A stretch of DNA of 64,000 bases, taken from the NCBI GenBank assembly GCA_963790475.1, contig CAWBOS010000006.1, forward strand, positions 1 to 64,000, read 5' to 3'. Both the position numbers and the translations under genes were made by a program. This DNA comes from an uncultured delta proteobacterium (GTDB lineage: Bacteria > Desulfobacterota > RBG-13-43-22). How positions within the stretch are numbered: the first letter of the stretch is position 1; each line of letters opens with the position of its first letter. Of this stretch, positions 22,040 through 30,443 are shown one piece after another. The notes beneath the pieces were generated by a model. It did not search any database and was not told the origin of the DNA. It saw nothing but the letters and a program-made list of their open reading frames with translations.

Positions 22040-22789
22040 CTATTCCGCGCGTCCCCATTTGATCCTGGCTCTGCATAGTTCTTTACTATCGTTTGCCCGC
22101 CTTAGGCTGCAGAGTTCGCTTTCATTTCTCTGCTCAGATATTACCAGCACCTGGTCATCGAGTATGGCTTCGGTCAGGAAGCTAAGTTCGATCGCTTGTG
22201 GGATTGCCTTTTCAAGCTGATCCGGAGAGTGGCTATCCATAAACCACTGCAGGTACTTCGCCGATCCTACATGTCGATTAACATCGATATCGGAAAAATG
22301 CACCCGAAAGCTTGCCACTTCCCTTCCTCCTTGAAGTTCGGACACCTTTTTCAGATTGGTTTCCATCGCTTCTTTCTGAGGTTGCCAGGGGAAGCCATCT
22401 GTGTTTGGGTCAAAGCGTTGCGGACGACCGGTGGTCTTGTCTAATATCAGCCAGGAGGATGTGGCCGAGACCAGAGTCGCTCCTGAAGGGGCGCTTATTC
22501 TGAAGTCCCGCAGCGCGTAAAGACGCTCGATCCGTTTTCCCCAGGTCTCAATACTGAGCCGGTCTCGCCATTTCGCTTGGGTCGAAACGACCATCTGGAA
22601 CTTTATAAGTACCCACATAAGGTCACGCGCGGAAAGCTCTGCATATCCATATCTTGTGCCATTGGCATGGTTCCAGGCCGAGTTCAGTAAATAGGAGAAG
22701 AGGATATGGGGTCGAAGCCGACCGCAGAGATCGACGTCATAGGATTCGACTATTCGTTTTTCTTTCCAGACCTGGGGTGCTTCAGCCAT
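22040..22789 (-). CDS. Acyl-ACP thioesterase family protein
   Basis: Double hotdog pattern: YDVD, WVL, ETW, SDIDVNRHV. Confidence 0.85.
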   Translation of the reverse strand: MAEAPQVWKEKRIVESYDVDLCGRLRPHILFSYLLNSAWNHANGTRYGYAELSARDLMWVLIKFQMVVSTQAKWRDRLSIETWGKRIERLYALRDFRISAPSGATLVSATSSWLILDKTTGRPQRFDPNTDGFPWQPQKEAMETNLKKVSELQGGREVASFRVHFSDIDVNRHVGSAKYLQWFMDSHSPDQLEKAIPQAIELSFLTEAILDDQVLVISEQRNESELCSLRRANDSKELCRARIKWGRAE

Positions 22790-22917
22790 TGCAGCCTTGC
22801 TCTCTCCTTCCCTTACGAGTCTATTTGATGTAAATCAAAAACAAAGGGGTCAATGCTACGTTTGACTTATTTTTCCATAACTGCCGGAATAACCATTTAT
22901 TGCTCATCGGCCGTACT

Positions 22918-23454
22918 TTACCTGCTCATTTTCCTGCCATACCTCGCCTGCTTTTCCTTCAAATCAAACCCGATTTTTCGTTTGGTTTTCGTCGGCGGGG
23001 CCATGAGCTGCCGGATAGCTTCAAAGACGATCTTGAACTGGCCATCATACTTTTTCTCCAGATTATCCAGACGCCGAGCCAGCGATTTATTGGATGAAAC
23101 AATTTCCCTGAGTTTGACGAAGGCCCGCATAATGCCAATATTAACTTCTACGGCCCGATCGCTATTCAGAATCCCTGAAAGCATAGCGACTCCCTGCTCT
23201 GTGAAGGCCCGAACCTGCTTTGAAAATTTAAGGTCCGAGGATATCACAATTTGTGATATCCTCATAATCTCCTCTCTGTTAAGGAAAAACATAAAATCTG
23301 CCGGGAATCTTTTGATATTTCTTTGAACCGCTTGATTCAGCACCCTTGTTTCCACATTATAAAGATCAGCGAGATCCCGATCCAAGATAACCTTTTGGCC
23401 TCGAATCAAATAAATCTTCTTTTCAATTACCTCTATTGGGATTAAAGATTCCAA
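22918..23454 (-). CDS. ORF6N-domain protein (copy 3)
   Basis: [39 protein letters not shown]. Confidence 0.9.
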   Translation of the reverse strand: MESLIPIEVIEKKIYLIRGQKVILDRDLADLYNVETRVLNQAVQRNIKRFPADFMFFLNREEIMRISQIVISSDLKFSKQVRAFTEQGVAMLSGILNSDRAVEVNIGIMRAFVKLREIVSSNKSLARRLDNLEKKYDGQFKIVFEAIRQLMAPPTKTKRKIGFDLKEKQARYGRKMSR

Positions 23455-23605
23455 ATTTTCATCTCAATTCTTGAATAATATCAGCAAAGCTTATCATCGC
23501 CGGCCATTCCCCATGCTGTACGGAGGCGGAAAAAAAATTACCAATTACCCCTGCCCAACAAAATCCGACTGATTAAAACAAAACATCGTTTCTTTTACCC
23601 CCCCC

Positions 23606-23672
23606 AAAACAGAAACCCCATCGCTTTTTTCAAAATGGGGTCTTATCGGTTTGCTTCATGGACCAGCCTTTC
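23606..23672 (-). repeat. Array element copy D (core + terminator)
   Basis: GAAAGGCTGGTCCATGAAGCAAACCGATAAGACCCCAT..ATGGGGTTTCTGTTTT. Confidence 0.85.
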
Positions 23673-23688
23673 ACTTATTGAACCCTGA

Positions 23689-24807
23689 TTATCTTTCGGA
23701 AAATCGAAACCGGTTTTTAAGTTTATTACCCTGTGAAAAGGATATAATATTATCATGTTGGAGCCGTCCTACAATAATCCCCGGGGCAATCCCTATCTGT
23801 TCTGCAAATCGCAAAATCCTATCCGGGCTGCAGTCTTTTCCGGTTATGAAATTATTATAGGCCTCCTTGGAAATTAACATTTCCTGGGCAAAAAGATCGG
23901 CCTCCTTTTCCTTGGAGAGCATCTCGGTTTCCTGTCGGTCATTTCCCTGGGCTTCAATAAAGACTTCTTTTTTCCCATGAAGAAGAATATGCCCGGCTTC
24001 ATGAAAAAAGGTGGACCAGAGATGATCATCGCTTTTGCCGCGCAAACTGAGCTGGATAAGGGCCTTCGATGGTTTCAGCCAACGAGTGGCCCCATAAAGG
24101 TGTGTTCCCGGGAGTTCGGGGATGAAGACCAGAGCCACTCCGCTTCCCGCGCAAAGTTTCTTCATGGCCGGTTCAAACACCTCGGGACTTTTTTTAGTCA
24201 AGGATCGAATTTGTTGTAACGCTGACCGGAAGGAACGGGGTTCGAAAGTCCGGCACTCCATCTTCTGCCCTTCAATCTCTCCCATGCGCAACCAGGCGGC
24301 CACGGCAGCCGGATTCATTTGAAAGGCCTTTGAGTTACGGTAGGCCGCTTGAGGTTTTTCCCAAACGCCCCTCCATTCGTTGACGCCGGCCACCCCAAAA
24401 AAATTCAAAAGGGCCTGCAGCATTTTTATTGGGTTATCTTCTTTTTTTAACCAGTCCATTTTTGACATGGCCGCCAGAGGAAACTCTCTTAACCAGTTGG
24501 CCTGTTTTCTTAGGTAATGCTCTTCCCTAATCCGGGCCAGTCTCTCTTGATAGTTACGTTCCAGATTGTTCCAGAAAGAAGCCGGGACACCTAGTACTCT
24601 CTCCAATTGAAGGGCTGTTTCCGAGGTAATAGCCGCCTTTCCCATAATGATCTCATTAATGGTTTTTTTGGGGCGCCCCGTCCTCTCCGCCAAATCCGCC
24701 TGGCTCATGCCGATCGTTTCCAGAGTTTCTTTCAGGGTTTCACCGGGGGAGACAGCATAATCCGGTTGAAATGATTGTTCGTCTTTCCTATCCATGAGTG
24801 TCCTCAA
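23689..24807 (-). CDS. higA: HigA-family antitoxin with ImmA/IrrE-like metallopeptidase domain
   Basis: PGETL..MSQADLAER..INEII.GK..IT..AL.LE..FW.NL HTH; FFHEAGH HExxH; E.EAD.FA. Confidence 0.85.
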   Translation of the reverse strand: MRTLMDRKDEQSFQPDYAVSPGETLKETLETIGMSQADLAERTGRPKKTINEIIMGKAAITSETALQLERVLGVPASFWNNLERNYQERLARIREEHYLRKQANWLREFPLAAMSKMDWLKKEDNPIKMLQALLNFFGVAGVNEWRGVWEKPQAAYRNSKAFQMNPAAVAAWLRMGEIEGQKMECRTFEPRSFRSALQQIRSLTKKSPEVFEPAMKKLCAGSGVALVFIPELPGTHLYGATRWLKPSKALIQLSLRGKSDDHLWSTFFHEAGHILLHGKKEVFIEAQGNDRQETEMLSKEKEADLFAQEMLISKEAYNNFITGKDCSPDRILRFAEQIGIAPGIIVGRLQHDNIISFSQGNKLKNRFRFSER

Positions 24808-25135
24808 TTCTTAATATCTTGACTTTGGTTATCTTTTCCCAGTTCAGACCACCGTCTTCTTTCCGGGGGCAATCTTCATGACCTGGAAGAATAATCAGCC
24901 GGTATGGTTGCTTTACGTCGAGAGAAATCTGACCCTTGCGGTTTCCAGTTAACTCATGGGCTCGGGCCTGCGGGAGGGTGCGTAGTATTTCAAGGTTATC
25001 GGCGGCCTGAATCTCAGACAGACGTTGGGTAATCTTTCGGGCCTGTTCTTGTCCAAAGGCCATAATCAAGGCTTTCTCATTCGAAAACGTTTTCTGGTCT
25101 TGTTTCTTTTTAAATGATATTAACATCGGTTCCAT
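24788..25135 (-). CDS. higB: HigB-like (plasmid maintenance killer) toxin
   Basis: HELTGNRKGQISL...YRLI, IEDTHG C-terminus; directly upstream of the HigA-like gene. Confidence 0.8.
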   Translation of the reverse strand: MEPMLISFKKKQDQKTFSNEKALIMAFGQEQARKITQRLSEIQAADNLEILRTLPQARAHELTGNRKGQISLDVKQPYRLIILPGHEDCPRKEDGGLNWEKITKVKILRIEDTHG

Positions 25136-25153
25136 TCATTGTCAATAAAATAA

Positions 25154-25170
25154 TTAACCCCATGGGTTAA
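25154..25170. promoter_or_regulatory. Palindromic operator upstream of higBA
   Basis: TTAACCC-CAT-GGGTTAA. Confidence 0.55.
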
Positions 25171-25233
25171 CAATACATATTAAATTGATTCCGCCAGATT
25201 AGTCCATCAATACAAAACCTATTACCTCATTCT

Positions 25234-25385
25234 AAAACAAAACCCCCATCTCTTTTTTAAAAATATGGGGGTTTGTCGGGTTGCCAAATGGACAAGCCTT
25301 TCTGGTGAGCCCAGATTATGAGACAACGGTTTAGAAAGCCAATATGGAATGATTTATCCAAACCATAACAACCTGTTAAAGTCAA
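25234..25385 (-). repeat. Array element copy E
   Basis: TTGACTTTAACAGGTTGTTATGGTT ... GAAAGGCTTGTCCATTTGGCAACCCGACAAACCCCCAT..ATGGGGGTTTTGTTTT. Confidence 0.85.
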
Positions 25386-25515
25386 ACTTATTTAAGCAAG
25401 ACTGAAGGCCGAAGGCTCCTGCCCGTTGCAGGGGCTGAAGTAAGATCGAGGATAAAAGGGAAAGGCCAAAAGATATAGTAATCAAGGAACACAATCCTAA
25501 TTTCTTAACGCCCCC

Positions 25516-25731
25516 TTATTGTCTCTCCTTTTCCCATATCTGGCCTGCTTTTCTTTGAGATCAAATCGGGACATGAAGTCAGGAGGAAATCAGATGGTTT
25601 TTCGTTTGGGTTTCGTCGGCGGGGTCATGAGTTGTCGGATGGCTTCAAAGATATCTGTGAATTATTCATTGTGATCCAAGAGGCGCTTTTCTAATTCGGT
25701 CGGCTTATCGGCTAAGGCTTTTCGTGAAAGT
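25516..25731 (-). pseudogene. Degraded 3' fragment of a fourth ORF6N gene
   Basis: Translates as [55 protein letters not shown]. Confidence 0.75.
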
Positions 25732-25763
25732 CATCCACTATATCCTGAGGTAAATGCGGCTCA

Positions 25764-26114
25764 TCATTCCTGCTTTTCCAGGTATTGACTCAGACGGTCG
25801 AATAGGGATTTCAAAGGCGGAAGATCTTCGATTATTGCGCCCCAGATAATTTCCAGATCCACTCCGGAATATTCATGAATCAGTTTGTCCCGCATGCCCG
25901 TCATCCGCTTCCAAGGAATTTCCGGAAATTTATCGCCTAGATCGGCAGGAACCCTCTTTGCTGCCTCTCCCATGATCTCCAAGCTGCGAACCACTGCGTT
26001 GACCGTCTTCCGGTCTTTGGCAAAGGTCTCAAAATTCAGGTCCTGTATGAATTCCTGCGTTTCCAGAAAACAGGTCAAAATGTCAGCCACGTAATCTCGG
26101 GATGTCCGTTTCAT
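25764..26114 (-). CDS. HEPN/DUF86 (HepT-like) RNase toxin
   Basis: AVVRSLEIMGEAAKR, IPW..M.GMRDKLIHEY with Rx4H motif. Confidence 0.9.
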   Translation of the reverse strand: MKRTSRDYVADILTCFLETQEFIQDLNFETFAKDRKTVNAVVRSLEIMGEAAKRVPADLGDKFPEIPWKRMTGMRDKLIHEYSGVDLEIIWGAIIEDLPPLKSLFDRLSQYLEKQE

Positions 26115-26400
26115 ATCAGCACAACCTCGGCAAGAATCGCCCGTCCAATCTCCGGTTTCAACGCCTTTTGGGAAACAAGATCTACCTTGCCGCCCAACCT
26201 TTCGCTAAGCAACTCTTCCAAATCGAGAAACCTGAACATACCGACTGGCCGCTTGAACTCGATCAACACATCAATATCACTGTCGCTGCTCGGTTTCTCA
26301 CGCACCAGCCGAAAAGACCGATAGACTTCACATAGTATTTCTCTTCAAGCTCCGGCTTCATCGCCTTCAAAATCGTCAGGATTTCATTTTTTGTTTTCAT
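26111..26400 (-). CDS. Minimal nucleotidyltransferase (MntA-like antitoxin), frameshifted near 26307
   Basis: MKTKNEILTIL..KYYVKSIGLFG / VRE..SDSDIDVLIEF..KVDLV; the GS motif is disrupted. Confidence 0.8.
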
Positions 26401-26527
26401 TGACATACCACCCTATTAAACTTTTAACCGGGGTAAGCGGAGCCTGGAGTAAAATCAACTTGTCAATTACCACTTGCTCAAAGAATACTGACAGAAATAA
26501 AACAAATCGTCCCTTCTTTTGCCCCCC

Positions 26528-26726
26528 TAAAAAAAATCCCCATCTCTTTTTTAGAATATGGGGTTTTGTCAGTTTGTTTCATGGGCCAGCCTTTCGGGTT
26601 TGAAAGCTGTTAGTGATTAGTTGCTTTCAGCTTTCAGAAAAGAATCGTGCAAAAAGGGTTTTGCTGACTGCCGGGTGCTGATAGCCAATTGTTCTATTTT
26701 AAACCATAACAACCTGTTAAGGTCAA
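26528..26726 (-). repeat. Array element copy F
   Basis: TTGACC-19-TAAAAT ... CCCGAAAGGCTGGCCCATGAAACAAACTGACAAAACCCCAT..ATGGGGATTTTTTTT. Confidence 0.85.
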
Positions 26727-26948
26727 CCCTTTCTGGTCATCTGGTTTTTCAGGTCCGTTTGGGCCCAGTTTCTCTGAAATTACCTGCCAGTTTTTTTTAC
26801 AACCTGTAAAGACTAATCGGCCCCAGGATTAATAATATAAAATCATTCCCCCCTTATCCCGTTCTTTTCCAATTTGTTTAACTTAATAAATACATAGAGT
26901 AAGGGTTTATTTTACCTGAAAGAAATTTAGGCCGTCCCTCCCTTTCTC

Positions 26949-26964
26949 TGGCATAGAACTTGCT
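26949..26964 (+). promoter_or_regulatory. Sigma54 (-24/-12) promoter
   Basis: TGGCAT-AGAAC-TTGCT upstream of the acyl-CoA dehydrogenase. Confidence 0.7.
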
Positions 26965-27119
26965 ATTTTGTCATGTTGACGAGATCAAAAAATTGAGATA
27001 TCCTCCGGCCATTTTGTTGCATGTCACCGTGCTTAGTCGTTAGTAAAGGGGCTGACGTAATGATCAACATTTTTCTAAGTTTTTCCAGGAGCTCAATAGA
27101 TTAAAAGGAGGAACATATT

Positions 27120-28931
27120 ATGGCCAGTCAATGGGTAGATTTAAGAGATTTCAAATTTATCTTGCATGAATTATTTAAAATCGATGAACAATTGCTGGGC
27201 AAGGGACCTTTTGCCGACTACGATGGAGACACGGTGGATATGGTTCTGGACTCGGCCGCAAAACTCGCGGAGAATGAGATCGCCCCGACGTACCCCGATG
27301 AAGCACACGGCAAACCCATAGAGGCGATATTTAAGGACGGCAAAGTATCTGTGCCGGAGGCCTACCATAATTTATGGAGGTTATATTGTGAAGGCGGCTG
27401 GATGACCACCTCGGATAGTCCGGATTGGGGCGGTCAGGGATTCCCGGAGATCGTCGCCGCTTGCTCCAGCTCCATGTTTCTTGGCTGCAATCAGGCCTTT
27501 TTAATGTATACCGGCCTGACTCACGGGGCAGCCAAACTGGTGGAAAAATTCTGCTCCGAAGAATTGAAGGCCATTTATCTGCCCAAGATGTTTTCCGGCC
27601 AGTGGGGCGGCACGATGTGCCTCACGGAACCGGGTTCCGGTTCCGACTTGGGTCCCTTGAAAACATCGGCCAAGAGAAATGCTGATGGAACCTTTTCCAT
27701 CAAGGGCACCAAGTGCTTTATCTCTTCGGGTGACCACGACCTGGTGGAAAACATCATCCATCCTGTCCTGGCCAGGATCGAGGGTGACAAACTCGGCACC
27801 AAGGGCATCTCCATCTTCCTGGTCCCGAAATACCGGGTCAACCCCGACGGCAGTCTGGGCGAATTCAACGACGTCAACACCGGCGGCATCGAACACAAAA
27901 TGGGCATTCACGGCAATGCCACCTGCACCCTCAATTTCGGCGACAACGGCAACTGTATCGGCTACCTCATGGGCGCAGAGCGGCAGGGTATGGAGATCAT
28001 GTTCCACATGATGAATGAAGAGCGGCAGGGCGTGGGCATGATGGGCGTCTCCCTGGCCGGTTCGGCCTACCTGCACGCCCTGTCTTACGCCAAAGAACGG
28101 CTCCAGGGCAATAATATGTTTACCGGTGAGCGCTATGTCCCCATCATTCAGCATGCCGATGTCCGCCGGATGCTCCTGAAGCAGAAATCCATCACCGAAG
28201 GCATCCGGACCCTATGCCTGTTCTGCTATTTGGCCATGGACAAACAGAAAGTGGCGAAAAACGACGCCGAGAAAAGCAAATGGTCGGGTATGGTGGAAAT
28301 GCTGACCCCCATCGTGAAATCGTACTGTACGGAGATGGGCCTGGTCGTCAACGATCTGGCCGTGCAGACCTACGGCGGATACGGCTATTGCCGGGAGTAC
28401 CCCGTTGAACAGATGATGCGGGACCAAAAGATCAATACGATTTTTGAAGGTACCAACGGCATCCAGGCTATGGACCTCTTGGGACGCAAACTGGGCATGA
28501 ACGAAGGAACGCACTTCATGGACCTCATGACCGAAGGCAAGGCCCATATCGCCGAGGCCAAAGGCGTTGACAGCCTGAAAGATGAGGCGGCTGTTGTAGA
28601 AACCGCCGTTAACGCCATCCTGACCACGGCCATGGATTTTGCCGGGTTATTGATGAAAAATCCCTTCATTCCCCTGATCGCTGCCTGCGATTTCCTCAAC
28701 TGCGTAGGCGACACCCTGTGCGGCTGGTTCCACCTCTGGATGGCCCTGGAGGCGACCAAAGGCTTGGCCAAGGCCGACAAAGACAGTGACAAAACGTTCT
28801 ACACGGGCAAGATCGAGGGGGCCAAGTTCTTTATTCAGCGTACTACGGCCCTTGTTCCGGCCAAGTGCGAGATTCTCAAAAAGGATGAGACCAGTTGCGT
28901 CCGAATCCCAGAGGAGGCTTTTGCCGTATAA
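27120..28931 (+). CDS. Acyl-CoA dehydrogenase (long form with C-terminal domain)
   Basis: GTMCLTEPGSGSDLG, GTKCFISSG, EHKMGIHG, GGYGY, IFEGTNGIQAMDL. Confidence 0.95.
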   Translation: MASQWVDLRDFKFILHELFKIDEQLLGKGPFADYDGDTVDMVLDSAAKLAENEIAPTYPDEAHGKPIEAIFKDGKVSVPEAYHNLWRLYCEGGWMTTSDSPDWGGQGFPEIVAACSSSMFLGCNQAFLMYTGLTHGAAKLVEKFCSEELKAIYLPKMFSGQWGGTMCLTEPGSGSDLGPLKTSAKRNADGTFSIKGTKCFISSGDHDLVENIIHPVLARIEGDKLGTKGISIFLVPKYRVNPDGSLGEFNDVNTGGIEHKMGIHGNATCTLNFGDNGNCIGYLMGAERQGMEIMFHMMNEERQGVGMMGVSLAGSAYLHALSYAKERLQGNNMFTGERYVPIIQHADVRRMLLKQKSITEGIRTLCLFCYLAMDKQKVAKNDAEKSKWSGMVEMLTPIVKSYCTEMGLVVNDLAVQTYGGYGYCREYPVEQMMRDQKINTIFEGTNGIQAMDLLGRKLGMNEGTHFMDLMTEGKAHIAEAKGVDSLKDEAAVVETAVNAILTTAMDFAGLLMKNPFIPLIAACDFLNCVGDTLCGWFHLWMALEATKGLAKADKDSDKTFYTGKIEGAKFFIQRTTALVPAKCEILKKDETSCVRIPEEAFAV

Positions 28932-28959
28932 GATTAAGAAAAACTTGCGATAATGATGG

Positions 28960-28995
28960 AAAGGGCAGGCTGCTTATAAGGGCCTGCCCTTTTTA
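28960..28995 (+). terminator. Intrinsic terminator
   Basis: AAAGGGCAGGC..GCCTGCCCTTT followed by a T tract. Confidence 0.75.
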
Positions 28996-29136
28996 ATTGG
29001 TTCACTATTCTGGATAGCCGGTCTATATTGTTTGACAAAAGACGGGACGTTGAAACCTTTACACCATTTTTCCCCCGTTGGAGCGACTACTTTTGATTCA
29101 ACCCCAATCCTTTTCATTCTTCTTATCATCCACCCT

Positions 29137-29331
29137 AAAACAAAAACCCCATCTTCTTTTTTGAACAATGGGGCCTTGTCGGACTGCTAAATGGACCCGG
29201 CCTTCAGGTTTGAAAGCTGTCAGGGATCAGCGTTCAGCCTACAGAGAAAACCTGGCAAAAAGACTGATGCTGAACCTGATGGCTGCCGTCTATTTGCTCT
29301 ACTTTAAACCCTGACAAACAGTTAAAGTCAA
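29137..29331 (-). repeat. Array element copy G
   Basis: TTGACT-19-TAAAGT ... GAAGGCCGGGTCCATTTAGCAGTCCGACAAGGCCCCAT..ATGGGGTTTTTGTTTT. Confidence 0.85.
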
Positions 29332-29398
29332 TTTTTGTCAATGTCCACTCACTTTCCCCCTGCGCGGACCATCGCCGGGTGAAAACAGGCCTGCCCGC

Positions 29399-30346
29399 TT
29401 AACCAATTTCCAGCACCCGGGCCGCATTATCATACATCCATTTGCGATAGATGGTTTCGTTTCTGGTCAGCTCTCTGGTTTCCTCGATGATGGTTTTCAA
29501 AGGCACCCCCTGGGTTCCCCAGCCGCTGGCGAAAATGATCTGGTCCTGAAGGCCCCTGTTCCCGCTTTCGATCAGCTCATCATACCCGCTTCCGGGACGT
29601 TTGACGTTCCTCGGTCTCTGACAGGAAAGATCGATGCAAACGTTCCTGTGCCTTCTGGCTACGGCCACCAGCTCTGCCATCCAGGGCCAGCCTCCCAGGC
29701 CGGCCACGATGGTCAGTTCTGGAAAATCGCAGGCGATTTCGTCCAGATGGCTTGGCCGGCAAAGGTCCATGGGCCGGTCCGTGTAAAGATGCAGGGAAGT
29801 GGTAATGCGCGCCGGAACGTCCAGTTCCACGCATTTGGCGTAAAAGGGGTAATACTTTTTATGATTGGATGTCAGATTTTCTCTGAAACCGGAAACCACC
29901 ATTCCTTTGAAGCCCATCTCTTTGACGGCTTGTTCGAATCGCTTGATATTGGACATGCCCTCATGGGGACTGCTTCTGAAAAACGGGATCAGCCGGTCGG
30001 GATACTCCCCGGCGATTGCCGCCGTATCCTCAACCGAAGCCCACATCCCCGTGGTACCGATAACAGCCCTGGTCACACCCGCATCATCAAGCATTTTGAT
30101 GAACTCCTGGTGGGTCATAGTCTTTCCCAGGTAATTCTCAGCCACCATCACCGCCACCTCGATGTATCCTTTAGTCCGGACAGCTTCTTCAAGCTCTTCC
30201 ATGGTCATATTCAGCCGTTCGGCCCAGGCATGCCCGAACTGGGCAAAATAGCCCCGATGCACAAATCCGCCCCCGGATTTTAACAGGGCAATGGTTTCTT
30301 TCTTGACCTCTTCAGTCGGAGAGTCACATTCAAAATCGATAATCAT
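29399..30346 (-). CDS. Amidohydrolase family protein (Amidohydro_2-like)
   Basis: YPFYAKCVELDVP, LDEIACDFPELTIV, N...DLS, NAARVL; several usual metal-binding His/Asp appear substituted. Confidence 0.8.
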   Translation of the reverse strand: MIIDFECDSPTEEVKKETIALLKSGGGFVHRGYFAQFGHAWAERLNMTMEELEEAVRTKGYIEVAVMVAENYLGKTMTHQEFIKMLDDAGVTRAVIGTTGMWASVEDTAAIAGEYPDRLIPFFRSSPHEGMSNIKRFEQAVKEMGFKGMVVSGFRENLTSNHKKYYPFYAKCVELDVPARITTSLHLYTDRPMDLCRPSHLDEIACDFPELTIVAGLGGWPWMAELVAVARRHRNVCIDLSCQRPRNVKRPGSGYDELIESGNRGLQDQIIFASGWGTQGVPLKTIIEETRELTRNETIYRKWMYDNAARVLEIG

Positions 30347-30443
30347 CTTTCCTCCTTTCCTAAACCACAGCCGGCTTCCTTACAAACGGTCATTTTTATG
30401 GTTGCAAATTCGGTTCCGAAAACTCCCTTCTCATCTGCCCAAT

